The notes under the pieces were generated by a model. That model had not been told where the DNA came from. It saw only the letters and a program-made list of their open reading frames with translations, and ran no database searches. Position numbers and translations under genes: made by a program. Below are positions 9,135-19,278 of a DNA stretch of 64,000 bases, one piece after another (position 1 is the stretch's first letter; the number at the start of each line of letters is the position of its first letter). The DNA is from Sandaracinaceae bacterium (lineage in GTDB: Bacteria; Myxococcota_A; Polyangia; Polyangiales; JADJQN01): contig JADJQN010000001.1 of NCBI GenBank assembly GCA_016712745.1, forward strand, positions 746,964 through 810,963. Direction: 5' to 3'.

Positions 9135-10335
9135 CTCCGGGATCGTAGCTCGTGTCGCCGCGGGTTCGTCCGTCTCGGCGATGGTGGCAGCGTTGGTCGC
9201 CGCCACAACTACGAGCGTACTCACAGGTTATCTCGTTCAGCTGGCGCAGGACAAAACGCTGACCGACGCCGCGCGCGTACTTGATCACGAGATTCAGGCT
9301 GCTTCCATGGCCCGCACCCTGCAGGAGATTGTTCGCGATGAGCTTTCGGAAGTGGAACAGACGGGGGTCACGTTCGCTATCTACGCCGGAGCCTCATCGT
9401 CCGTGGTAGCCGGGCTCGGCGGCGTGCCGCGCGTGGCGTTTTCGAGTTGTTCCACATTCAGCGAGCTGCGAGCGTGCGCGGTTCGAGGTCAGCACGGCGT
9501 GACAATCGTTGCTGCATCTGCGCATCGCGACCTCACGCTCTGGCTCGCGCTCGCCGCCGCCGGTGCAGCGGCGGTTGCCGGACTTGGCGCATGGTTTGCG
9601 AGCCGGCCCGTGGCCAAGTGGTTGGTACGCGTTGATGATGCGCTCGACCAGGCAGAACGATTTGCGGCCGACGCGGCTCATGAGCTGCGAACGCCCCTTA
9701 CGACGCTACGCGGAGAGCTCGATTTGCTCGCGGAGGATGAGTCACTTCCTGCGCACGCGTCGGCAGACGTCGGTCGCGCGCGCGCAAAAGTGATCGAGCT
9801 TCAAACCTTGGTCGAGCGTTTACTCATTTTGGCAATGCCCGATCAAAGTAGCTGGACTGCGAGTGAGCTGGTTTCACTGCACGAAGTCATTGAAGATGCC
9901 ATCCAAGAGTTGAGCGACGAGGACGCCAAGCGAGTGACCGTTCGCGCCTCGAACGACGACGCCACCATGCGTTGTGACTCAGCGCTGCTGCGGACGTTGG
10001 TACTCAACGCACTGTCGAACGCCCTCAAGTTCGGCACGTCCGTTTCAGTCTCAGTGACTGCCGACGACGCCGAGCTTGTGCTGCACGTCGATGACGACGG
10101 TCCCGGGGTTCCTGTGGCGGAACGAGAATCACTGTTCGAGCCTTTCGTGCGCGGCACCGATCGGGAACGGGCACGCAAACCCGGGCATGGCCTTGGTCTA
10201 GCCATCGTTTCGCGCATTGCCCGGCGGCACGGTGGTTCAGCTATGTTCGCTGACGTACCCTCTGGTGCTCGTCCCGCGATTCGGTTGGCTCGCACCGAAG
10301 CGGTAATAGAGCGTGGGAATCACAAGAACGTTTAG
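9118..10335 (+). CDS. sensor histidine kinase
   Basis: Two TM segments, an H-box (AADAAHELRTPLTTLRGEL), and HATPase boxes (LSNALKF, DDDGPGVP, GHGLGLAIVSRI). ATG 9118 overlaps the response regulator stop. The 3' end overlaps the czcA 3' end. Confidence 0.85.
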   Translation: MATLRSSGIVARVAAGSSVSAMVAALVAATTTSVLTGYLVQLAQDKTLTDAARVLDHEIQAASMARTLQEIVRDELSEVEQTGVTFAIYAGASSSVVAGLGGVPRVAFSSCSTFSELRACAVRGQHGVTIVAASAHRDLTLWLALAAAGAAAVAGLGAWFASRPVAKWLVRVDDALDQAERFAADAAHELRTPLTTLRGELDLLAEDESLPAHASADVGRARAKVIELQTLVERLLILAMPDQSSWTASELVSLHEVIEDAIQELSDEDAKRVTVRASNDDATMRCDSALLRTLVLNALSNALKFGTSVSVSVTADDAELVLHVDDDGPGVPVAERESLFEPFVRGTDRERARKPGHGLGLAIVSRIARRHGGSAMFADVPSGARPAIRLARTEAVIERGNHKNV

Positions 10336-13300
10336 CAACGTCGAGCTCAATAGGCCACCCAGGATGACCACCGCCATGGGGTGCTCGATTTCATGCCCGG
10401 CCGCCTCGCCTGTTACGGCGAGCGGAATGAGCGCCAAGCCCGTCGCGAGTGCAGTCATCACGATAGGTCCAATGCGCTCCAAGCTTCCGGTGGTCACGAT
10501 TTCCTTGAAACTCAGGGAGCTATTTACTTCGAGGTGCCGGTAGTGACTGACAAGAAGAATGCCGTTGCGCGACGCGATGCCGAGCACCGTCACTAAGCCG
10601 ACCAGCGAACCCAGTGAGAGCACGCCGCCGGCGATCCAGGCACCGGCGACGCCACCCGCCAGCGCGAACGGAAGACTCGCCGCAACTAGCGCGGTGCGCC
10701 GGACGCTCCGGAAGTCCACGTAGAGCACCAAAAGGATCAGCGCGAGTGATATCGCCGAGAGCCATAGCAAGCGATGCTGAGCTTCGGTCCGCTCCTTCCA
10801 CTCGCCCGAGACCTCGGCGTGGTGCCCAGCCGCGAGCGGGGCTGCGTGCACCGCGCGATCAACTGCGTGCGCAACGCTGCCGAGGTCCCCAGTCACATCT
10901 ATCGAGACATGGATGCAGCGCAGCCCGTCTTCGTGCGGGATTTCGTTCGGCGTTGGCTCGATCGTCAGTGTGGCGACGTCACGCAGACGAGCGCGTGCGC
11001 CGTTCGCAGAGGTAACCAACGTTTCGCCAAGCGTAGCGGGATCCTCGCGATAGGAATCCAACCCGCGCACGACCACCGCGATGGAACGACTGTCGCGTAT
11101 GACATCACCCACGCGCTCGCCACCAACCCAAAGTCCCGCGGCACGGCGAATGTCGGTGGTCAGAAAGCCCAGTGCGGCCGCTTCCGGTCGAGGCACCACT
11201 CGGAGTTCCGGAACGAGAGTCTGATGCTCGACTTGCACATCGCCCACGCCTGCGATGCCGCGGACGCGAGCCGCGATCGCGTCAGCGCCTAGCCGCAAGC
11301 TGGCGAGCTCTGTGCCCGAAATCCGCACCACGATGCTGCCGTGAGATCCGCTAAGCACTTCCTCGATGCGCTCACGCAGATACGTCTCGACGTCGTGTTG
11401 TATGCCGGGATAGCGAGCGAGCGTGTCCTCAATTTGACCGACGACGCGGTCGTGATCGCTTCCCGGGTCAACGTGTACCCACAGCTCGCCGAAATTTGGC
11501 CCGGCGATTTCTTCGCCACCCTCGGCGCGCCCAAGATGCGCGCCCACGCTCGTGACGCCTGGAATCCTGCGCAACTCGCGAGTAACGATCTGCGTGGTCC
11601 GCTTGAGCGTGCTTAGCGACGCGCCCGGCTGTGCTACCCAGTGTGAGAGAAAATCGTTCTCACGGAACTCCGGTAAGAATGCGTCACCTAGTCGTAGAAA
11701 TCCGAATGCCGCAATCAGAACAATGGCTGCTGCGCTGCCGATAACGCTTCTCGGATGCGAGAGCAGAGGCGCGAGAATGCGCGCGTACCAGCGCGTGAGC
11801 ACCATGAGGACTGGCGAGTGGGACGTTCGCTCAAGAGAACCAGGCAGAAGCATCAGACTTAGCGCCGGCGTGACAGTCAGAGCGACGAACATCGACATCA
11901 GCACGCACAAACCATAGGCGAGCGCGAGAGGCCGAAAGAAGGACCCCGACACACCCTCGAGAAAGAGCACCGGAACGAAGACCAGTACGACGATGATGGT
12001 GGCGTAGACGACCGCGCTCCTCACTTCGAGCGACGCTTCCAGTGCCACGCGCAACGCCGCGCGAGGCGTCTCGCGTAGACGATTCTCGCGCAGGCGCCGC
12101 AGGATGTTCTCCACGTCGATGATCGCGTCATCCACGACTTCGCCCAACGCAATCACGAGGCCGGCAAGGACCATCGTGTTCAACGTTGCTCCCGTGGCTC
12201 GAAGAACGAGCAGCGCAGCGCTCACCGGAGAGAGGGATTGCAATCGCGCTGATGAGCGCGGTGCGCCAGTTCCAAAGCATGAGCAGGAGCACAGCCACAA
12301 CAAAGGCACAGCCAATCCACATGGCTTGCTGCAAGTTGGCGATCGATTGCGCTACGAACGTCGCTGGCCGAAATACGTGTGCGTTGATCTGCACTCCGGG
12401 CAATGCCGGCCGCATCTCAGCGAGAACCTCGTCGACGCGACGAGTGATCTCAAGCGTGTTGCCCCACGGCTGCTTGTCGAGGACGAGCAAAATCGCCGGC
12501 CCTTCACCAACGACCGCATCGCCAATCGGCGGCGCATGCGTTTCAAGCACGCTCGCAACGTCTTCCAAATGAAGCACGGCGCCTCCGCGCGTCGCGATGG
12601 GCAAGTGCGCAAGTGTTTCGGAGTCATTCACCGGCGACACCAACTGCACGGCCATGCGCTGTTGCGGGCCGTCCATGTACCCGCCCGCAATCGGCACGGT
12701 TGCTCCCCGCACCGCAGTGACAACGTCAGCTGCCGTAACATTGGCCGCCTCGAGCCGCGCCGGGTCCAGACGCACATCGTATTGGCGATCTCGGGCACCC
12801 CAAACAGCCACGCGTGCGACGCCTGGTACCGCGAGCAGACGGGGCCGCAGCGACCAACGTTCTAAGTCAGTCAGATCGAGCGGCGAGAGAGTGCGTGAGC
12901 TCAGACCGATCATCATCACGCGACCGGTCGAGGAGATAGGCGGCATGATCGCAGGCGGACGAGCGGACGCAGGCAAAAGCGGAATCGCGCGCCCGAGGCG
13001 CTCTTGCACAAGTTGACGCGCTACGAAGAGGTCGGTGCCTTGCTCAAACAGAAGCACCACCGACGACAAACCGAGCACGGACTGCGAGCGAATCGTCTGA
13101 ACGAAAGAGGTTCCCGCCAACGCGCTTTCGAGCGGCGTGGTTACCAGATTCTCGACATCGAGGCTCGACAGACCGGGCGCTTCGGTTTGAATCTCGACGG
13201 TCGGCTGCGCGAACTCAGGAAAAGTATCGACCGATGCGCTACGCGCTGCGAACACGCCCGCGACTAGCAAGCCAATGCCGGCAAGCACGACCAGCTGACG

Positions 13301-13336
13301 CGCTTGCAAGCAGGCCCGCACGAACGCGTGAATCAT
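10237..13336 (-). pseudogene. czcA: CusA/CzcA-family heavy-metal efflux RND transporter, interrupted by a frameshift near 12223-12232
   Basis: ORFs 12128..13363 (N-terminal part, from MIHAFVRACLQ...) and 10237..12315 (C-terminal part) together give about 1030 aa of one RND pump. The N frame ends sensibly at ALISAIAIPLS. The other frame resumes with SPVSAALLVLRATGATLNTMVLAGLVIALGEVVDDAIIDVENI. Confidence 0.85.
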
Positions 13337-14481
13337 CGATCGGCCCCAAGCTCGAAGCCCCACAGCTCGTTGCTTCCTGTACTTACGACTTCCGCGCCTG
13401 GTGGCGGCCCACGACGCAAAAGCATGCGGTCTTCCTCGCGACGCATGACTTCGACGCGCTCACGGCGGAAGCGATGCGCACCGACTTTCACATAGAGCCA
13501 AGCTGAACCCTCCGCGTCGCGTACGACCGACGTCCACGGAACCGACAACGCCGGAGCGGCGTCGGCACGTAAACCCGCCGCGTGTACAACCACACGTTCG
13601 CCCGGGATCCATACTTGTTCGCTCGGCAAGGAGAAGAAGCGATCGACTGTGCCGCGAGCCGGATCCGCGGATGGGGGGCCAGACGCGTCGGTGAGAGGCA
13701 CCTCTTCCGCGCTCCCAACACGTTGCGCGTAGGCCCGATGAACGTTTGCGAGAATCGCCGCGTCGCTTGCCGTGAAGCTTGCGCGGATCCAGCGGCCCGA
13801 GGATGTGATTTCAAAAAGGACTGCATTGTTCGGAACTGACTGCCCTGGCGCGACTCGCACCGAGCGCAGGATTCCTTCGGTTGGACTGCGCATGGCAAGC
13901 GCGACATCGGAGTCGAGCCCGCCCGACGCGATTGTGCGCACGCGTGCGCCGACTGAATCGACCGTTGCCTGCGCGGTATGCTGCTGCGCCTGCGCTTCTT
14001 CGAACGCGCGCACGCTGCCCGAGTGGTCGTTCATCATGAGCTCGGCGCGACGCGTACGCTGCTCACTGAGCGTGAGGTCCGCGCGTGCCGCCTCGAGGTC
14101 ACGCTGGGCGCGAGCGCGAGCGTCACGCTCAACACCGGCGAGAGGAACCAGCGTTACGAGCAGTTGCCCCGCATGAACCACATCGCCAGGTCGCGGCAAA
14201 TTGGCCGACGGAACGACACGGCCTCCCACCGGCGCAACCAATACGACCTCTTGGCCCGCCGGAACCATGACTTCCCCCCCGACAACGACGCTCTCGCCAC
14301 CGGGCGCTTGCGTGACGCGCGCCGTCTGCAGTGCGAGCGCCGCTTCTGACTCGGCGCTGAGCACGACCGTGCCGAGGTCATCGAGAGTTGCCGGCGGGTG
14401 CGATTCTTCGCCGGCCGTCTCCATGCTCGCAGGTGCGCAACCGGCCAGGACGAAGAATGCGAGTGCGTAGTGCGCTTTCAC
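13333..14481 (-). CDS. efflux RND transporter periplasmic adaptor (MFP, CzcB/CusB-like)
   Basis: Lipobox MKAHYALAFFVLAGC, a coiled-coil hairpin (RAQRDLEAARADLTLSEQRTRRAELMM), and barrel-sandwich/beta-barrel regions. The GTG start overlaps the OMF stop (GTGA). Its stop overlaps the czcA ATG (ATGA). Confidence 0.8.
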   Translation of the reverse strand: MKAHYALAFFVLAGCAPASMETAGEESHPPATLDDLGTVVLSAESEAALALQTARVTQAPGGESVVVGGEVMVPAGQEVVLVAPVGGRVVPSANLPRPGDVVHAGQLLVTLVPLAGVERDARARAQRDLEAARADLTLSEQRTRRAELMMNDHSGSVRAFEEAQAQQHTAQATVDSVGARVRTIASGGLDSDVALAMRSPTEGILRSVRVAPGQSVPNNAVLFEITSSGRWIRASFTASDAAILANVHRAYAQRVGSAEEVPLTDASGPPSADPARGTVDRFFSLPSEQVWIPGERVVVHAAGLRADAAPALSVPWTSVVRDAEGSAWLYVKVGAHRFRRERVEVMRREEDRMLLRRGPPPGAEVVSTGSNELWGFELGADR

Positions 14482-15795
14482 AACATCTCTCCCGACGCTC
14501 GACCGCCTACCGCGCGGTCCAGCTCGGCCTGCGCGCGAACGAGTTCTGCCTCCAACTCCACCCGGCGCAACTGCGCTTCCGCAGAGCGCCTTAGGGCATC
14601 AACGACGACGATGTAGCTTTCAGCACCGTTCTCAAACGAACGAGTGGATGCGCCGCTCGCTTCGCTCAACGCAGAAAGGATCTCGTCGTAAGTCCCGAGG
14701 GACTCTTCTGCGCGCTCCACAATCTCCCATGCCGAAAGGACCTCGGCCGTGACCGCGATTCGCGTCGCGGCGTATTGATGTATTGCGCGCGTAAGGCTCG
14801 CATCAGCGCGTCCAACGCCACCCTGATTCTGGTTGAAGATCGGCAGTTCGAAGTTTTGCACGCCCACGCTCGGATGCGGAACCAGCGCCCCGCGATCCGC
14901 CTGAGTATCAATCGTCGCAACGAGAGTCAGCACACGTGCGTGCTCCCATCGGCCGCGCGCTGCCGCTGCGTGAATCGCAAGTTCCGCTGCGCGTAAGTCC
15001 GCGCGCTGGCGCATCGCTTGCGTGAGCAACTCTGACGCTGAAGCACGGCTCGTGCTGACGGGCGCAGCTACGAGCGTAGGGACGTTCGGCCACGGCACCC
15101 CGATCAGTGCGAGCAAGCGAACATTGGCGACCCGAGCGTCGTGCAAAGAGCGTCGTCGCGCGTCCGTCGCAAGCAAGGCTTCGGCACGCACGGCGGATGC
15201 CTGTGCAGGCGCAATGTCTCCAGCTCTCGCCCGCGCCTCGGCGAGGCGCAGCATCGGACCAAGTAGCGACGAGCGGCTCGTACGCACGCACGCGACGCAT
15301 CGCAAGATAAGCGTCGACATGCGCAATACGAACGTCGCGTTCGACGTTCAGCACAACGTGGATCATCGATTCTGAAACGCGCTCAAGCTCGCGGTTCGCC
15401 GCGGCTGCGCGGTAGGGCGTTTGCCAAATCGCTTCGATTGGCAGAAAGAGAATCGCGCTGAGCTGGCGAGGATCGATGGGTGCGAGCAGATTGATGCGCG
15501 GATTCGCGGGGCGACTCGCTTCGTCAAAATCGGCGAGTGCGGTGTCGAGCGCGGTGAGCTCGGCCTGCAAAGCCGGACTGCGCCATAGCGCTATCGCTAC
15601 AGCATCGTCGGCACTTAGACCGTCGGCGACGCTCACGCCAAGCGGCATCGCTGCGCGGCCTTCGCTCGTCGCTGGCCCAAGAGCGTGCCCGGTTCGCGCA
15701 CGCACGGATTGCGCAAGCCAGCCCCGATCACGCGACGCCGTCGCACAACCCCAAAACGTGACGCTGACGGCAAGAAGAACGAGCAGTCTGTGCAT
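14478..15795 (-). pseudogene. outer-membrane efflux factor (CzcC/TolC family), interrupted by a frameshift near 15259-15279
   Basis: ORF 14908..15795 gives the lipoprotein N-terminus (MHRLLVLLAVSVTFWGC) and the first OEP repeat up to ...AYLAMRRVRAYE. ORF 14478..15326 continues in another frame from ...LGPMLRLAEARARAGDIAPAQ through the second OEP repeat. Confidence 0.75.
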
Positions 15796-15916
15796 TGAAT
15801 CAGGCTCCCACGCTGGCCTTAACGCAGGCTGAACAACCGGACCTCCAGAAAGAAGGGTCGCTGGTCTAGCGCGCGTGGCCGTGGCACACCGAGCTCACAT
15901 CGAAAGCAGGCAAAAT

Positions 15917-16342
15917 ATGGCGTGGTGGGTATACGCGTTCATCTCCGCGGCAGCGGCTGCGGCCACGGCGATTCTCGCGAAGATCGGGATGCAAGGCGTT
16001 TCCTCAACGCTTGCGACAGCGCTCCGCACGTGTGTCGTCCTGGCCTTTGCGTGGTCCATGGTTTTCATCGCCGGAGAACAGCAAGGCATTCGCGATTTGA
16101 AAACGCGTTCGCTCGTGTATCTGGGACTCTCGGGAGCGGCGACGGGGATCTCGTGGCTCGCCTACTTCAAAGCACTACACATGGCCCCAGCCTCGCGAGT
16201 GGCGCCTGTAGACAAGATAAGCCTCGCACTTACCATCGTTCTCGCCGCGGTCGTGCTCGGCGAAACCATCACCTGGAAAGTCGGCGTCGGCGCAGCCCTT
16301 ATCGTAGCCGGCGCCCTACTCACCCTAAGCCCGGACGCGTAA
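15917..16342 (+). CDS. small EamA/DMT-family membrane transporter
   Basis: About 141 aa with four or five TM helices and a single EamA-type repeat (SRVAPVDKISLALTIVLAAVVLGE). ATG 15917 is preferred over the ORF-track start at 15875. Confidence 0.7.
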   Translation: MAWWVYAFISAAAAAATAILAKIGMQGVSSTLATALRTCVVLAFAWSMVFIAGEQQGIRDLKTRSLVYLGLSGAATGISWLAYFKALHMAPASRVAPVDKISLALTIVLAAVVLGETITWKVGVGAALIVAGALLTLSPDA

Positions 16343-16379
16343 CGCGCCCCCACGCGCGTCACAACTGCGACCAGCGCCG

Positions 16380-16548
16380 CACACTCGAGTCAGGTCTTCC
16401 AGATTGGACTGAGGCGCGAGCGCGCCCGCAGACAACTGAGGGAGTGAGCTCTTGCCCATGACCGAAGGCGGCGAGCACCGGAAAGCGCTTCAGCTTTCCG
16501 CTGGCATTCAAAGCCGCGGATCAGGCCAATCTGGAAGACCTCAGTGTG
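16380..16548. repeat. long inverted-repeat element in the EamA/polA convergent gap
   Basis: AGGTCTTCCAGATTGG (16392-16407) and its perfect reverse complement CCAATCTGGAAGACCT (16526-16541) flank 118 nt. An extra 6-bp pairing, CACACT (16380-16385) with AGTGTG (16543-16548), extends the stem. An inner 7-bp hairpin is GGAAAGC-gcttca-GCTTTCC. Confidence 0.6.
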
Positions 16549-19237
16549 CTTTGCCCCAACTCGGCCCCCAGCCCTGATCCACGACCAGTGGAACGTCGAG
16601 CTTGATGACGCTCTCCATGGTCCTCTTCACCATCGAACCGACGACGTCTTTTTCTTCCGGCGGGACCTCGAACACGAGCTCATCGTGAACGGTGAGCAGC
16701 ATGCGTGCTTGTAGCTTCTGAGCCACAAGCTCGCGGTCGACATTGACCATCGCAATCTTGATGATGTCAGCGCTCGTGCCTTGAATGGGTGTGTTGCGCG
16801 CCACGCGTTCGGCAGCCATACGCAGCCCACGATTAGCGCTGGTCAGCTCATTGATGACGCGTTTGCGGCCGAGCAACGTGCGAACGCTTCCGCTCACGCG
16901 CGCTTCCTCAATCACAGTATCGAGGAACTTCTTTACGCCTGCGTAACGTTCGAAGAAGGCCGTGATGTAGTGCGCTGCTTCTTTACGGTCGATACGAAGA
17001 TTGCGTGCCAACGCGAATTCCGTTTGGCCGTAGATGACAGCGAAGTTCACGGTCTTGGCGCGTCCACGCATCTCACGTGTCACGCCCTCGGTCGGTACAC
17101 CGAAGAGAGCGCGCGCAGTTCGAATGTGAACGTCCTCGCCCGTGACGAAGGCCTCCACCAGCTCCGGGTCGTGGCTGAGGTGCGCAAGTACGCGCAGCTC
17201 AATCTGCGAGTAATCGGACGACATCATGAGCCAGCCGGGCTTGGCGATGAAAGCGTCGCGAATCGAACGTCCAAGCTCCGTGCGGATCGGAATGTTCTGA
17301 AGATTGGGATCGCTGGAGGACAGCCGGCCGGTCGCAGCCACCGCCTGGTTGTAGCGCGTGTGCACTCGCCCTTCTCTGTCCAAAACCTTCGGAAGAATTT
17401 CGAGGTAGGTGCTCTTCAATTTGGAAAGCGCGCGATGCTCGAGAATGGTGCCCGGCAATGGATGCTCGGCCGCAAGTTCCTCCAGCACTTCGTGATCGGT
17501 CGAGCGCGCCGTCTTCGTGCGCTTGATCACGCGCAGGCCAAGCTCGTCGAAGAGCACCGTTTCCAGCTGGCGCGGCGCGCCGAGATTGATGTCGCGTCCG
17601 ACGATTTCACGACAGCGCGCTTCGAGCTTGTTCATCTCGCCTGCGACCAACTTCGACAAGGTCGTCATGTGATGTATGTCGAGCAGAATCCCGGTGCGCT
17701 CCATCTTCGCGAGCACGTGGGACAGCGGCAGCTCGATTTCCTGAAGCATCTTCTCGAGCCCCTCGGCCTCAACGCGCGTGCGCATGGCGTTGGCGGCGTT
17801 GCGAAGAGCGTCGACTGACTTGACGGCATAGTCTGTCGCAGTCTCGACGCTGATCTCCGCCATCGGCTTCTGCGAGCCTCGCTGCTTCTCGGTAATAATG
17901 TCGTAGAGCGGCAAATCCACGCGCGACTCACTCTGCGCAACTTCGGTCAGCGAATGGCCACCGCGCTCTGGATCGAGGAGGTAGCTCGCGAGCATTGTGT
18001 CAAAGTCCACGCCCAAAAGATCAATGCCCTGCGACTTCAGCATGTTCTCGTCGCGCTTTGAGTCCGCGAGATCTTTACGGACGCGCGCATCTTCAAATAG
18101 CGGCTTGAGTGCGGCCCAAGTTTCCTTGATATCGAGCTGCTTTGGCGCACCAAGGTAGAGGTGACCCATAGGCAGATACGCCGCGTCCGACTCGCCCCAC
18201 GCAAGCGCCACTCCGATGGGACGTGCGCCTGAGAAGTCGCTCTGGTCGAGCACCGGGAACATCGCAAAACGGCCCACTTTCCTGATCGCAGCGACGATCT
18301 TATCCACATCAACGCCGCTTGAGCTGGACGAAACTTTAGTTTCGACTTTCGGTTCGGTGTTGGGCTTCAATTGTGCGAGCAGACGCGTGAACTCAAACTC
18401 AGTGAAGAGTGCGCGAAGCTTCTCTGTATCGGCTCCGCCGTACTGCAGCTTCGCCAAATCAAGCTCCACCGGAATGTCATCGCGCAAGGTCACGAGGCGC
18501 TGCGAGAGGAGCGCTGCTTCCTTGTGTTCGACCAGCTTGTCGTGAAGCCCCTTCTTCTTGATCTTCTCGATATTCTCGTACACGCCTTCGAGCGTTCCGT
18601 AATCGATGAGTAGCTGCGCCGCCGTCTTAGGCCCCACCGAGGGAACGCCTGGAACGTTGTCCGACGAGTCGCCCATGAGCGCGAGCAAGTCGCGCACTTG
18701 CTCCGGGGCAACCCCCATTTTCTCCTTGGTCTCGTCGGCCCCAAAAACCTTGTCGCGCATCGAGTCGAACATGAGTACATTTTCATCGACGAGCTGCAAA
18801 AGATCTTTGTCCGCGCTCACGACGACGACGCGCAGTCCGGCCGCCTTTGCCTTCTTGACGATGCTCGCGATCAAATCATCCGCTTCAACGCCGTCCTGCT
18901 GGAATGTCGGAATCGCGTAGGCGTCGATCACTTCGCGCAGGCGCTCGACTTGCTGCTTGAGATCGGGCGGCGTGGGCGGACGGGTGGCCTTGTACTCCGG
19001 GTACATTTCATGACGAAACGATTTCGTCTTGCTATCGAGGGCCACCGCCAAGAGCGCCGGCTTCTGCACATCGACGAGCTTTTGCATCATCGCCGTCACG
19101 CCATAGATGGCATTCGTCGGCTGCCCCTTCTTGTTCGAAAGCGGAGGGATCGCGTGATAGGCGCGGAAGACGTAGCCGCTGAAATCGACGACAAAAAGCG
19201 TGTTGGGATCGTGGGCGTTGGGGAGCTTCGCGCTCAT
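16541..19237 (-). CDS. polA: DNA polymerase I
   Basis: 898 aa. N-terminal 5'-3' exonuclease domain, a 3'-5' exonuclease-like middle, and family A polymerase motifs (DYSQIELRVLAH, RGRAKTVNFAVIYG, TVHDELVFE). Confidence 0.97.
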   Translation of the reverse strand: MSAKLPNAHDPNTLFVVDFSGYVFRAYHAIPPLSNKKGQPTNAIYGVTAMMQKLVDVQKPALLAVALDSKTKSFRHEMYPEYKATRPPTPPDLKQQVERLREVIDAYAIPTFQQDGVEADDLIASIVKKAKAAGLRVVVVSADKDLLQLVDENVLMFDSMRDKVFGADETKEKMGVAPEQVRDLLALMGDSSDNVPGVPSVGPKTAAQLLIDYGTLEGVYENIEKIKKKGLHDKLVEHKEAALLSQRLVTLRDDIPVELDLAKLQYGGADTEKLRALFTEFEFTRLLAQLKPNTEPKVETKVSSSSSGVDVDKIVAAIRKVGRFAMFPVLDQSDFSGARPIGVALAWGESDAAYLPMGHLYLGAPKQLDIKETWAALKPLFEDARVRKDLADSKRDENMLKSQGIDLLGVDFDTMLASYLLDPERGGHSLTEVAQSESRVDLPLYDIITEKQRGSQKPMAEISVETATDYAVKSVDALRNAANAMRTRVEAEGLEKMLQEIELPLSHVLAKMERTGILLDIHHMTTLSKLVAGEMNKLEARCREIVGRDINLGAPRQLETVLFDELGLRVIKRTKTARSTDHEVLEELAAEHPLPGTILEHRALSKLKSTYLEILPKVLDREGRVHTRYNQAVAATGRLSSSDPNLQNIPIRTELGRSIRDAFIAKPGWLMMSSDYSQIELRVLAHLSHDPELVEAFVTGEDVHIRTARALFGVPTEGVTREMRGRAKTVNFAVIYGQTEFALARNLRIDRKEAAHYITAFFERYAGVKKFLDTVIEEARVSGSVRTLLGRKRVINELTSANRGLRMAAERVARNTPIQGTSADIIKIAMVNVDRELVAQKLQARMLLTVHDELVFEVPPEEKDVVGSMVKRTMESVIKLDVPLVVDQGWGPSWGKAH

Positions 19238-19278
19238 AGGCGCGGCAGGATATCAGAGTTCGGTTATCCTTCATCTCG

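Noticed and set aside
12223-12232. Programmed ribosomal frameshifting in czcA
   Set aside because: There is no X XXY YYZ slippery heptamer or downstream pseudoknot that I can see, and RND pumps are not known to use recoding. A mutation or an assembly indel is the simpler explanation.
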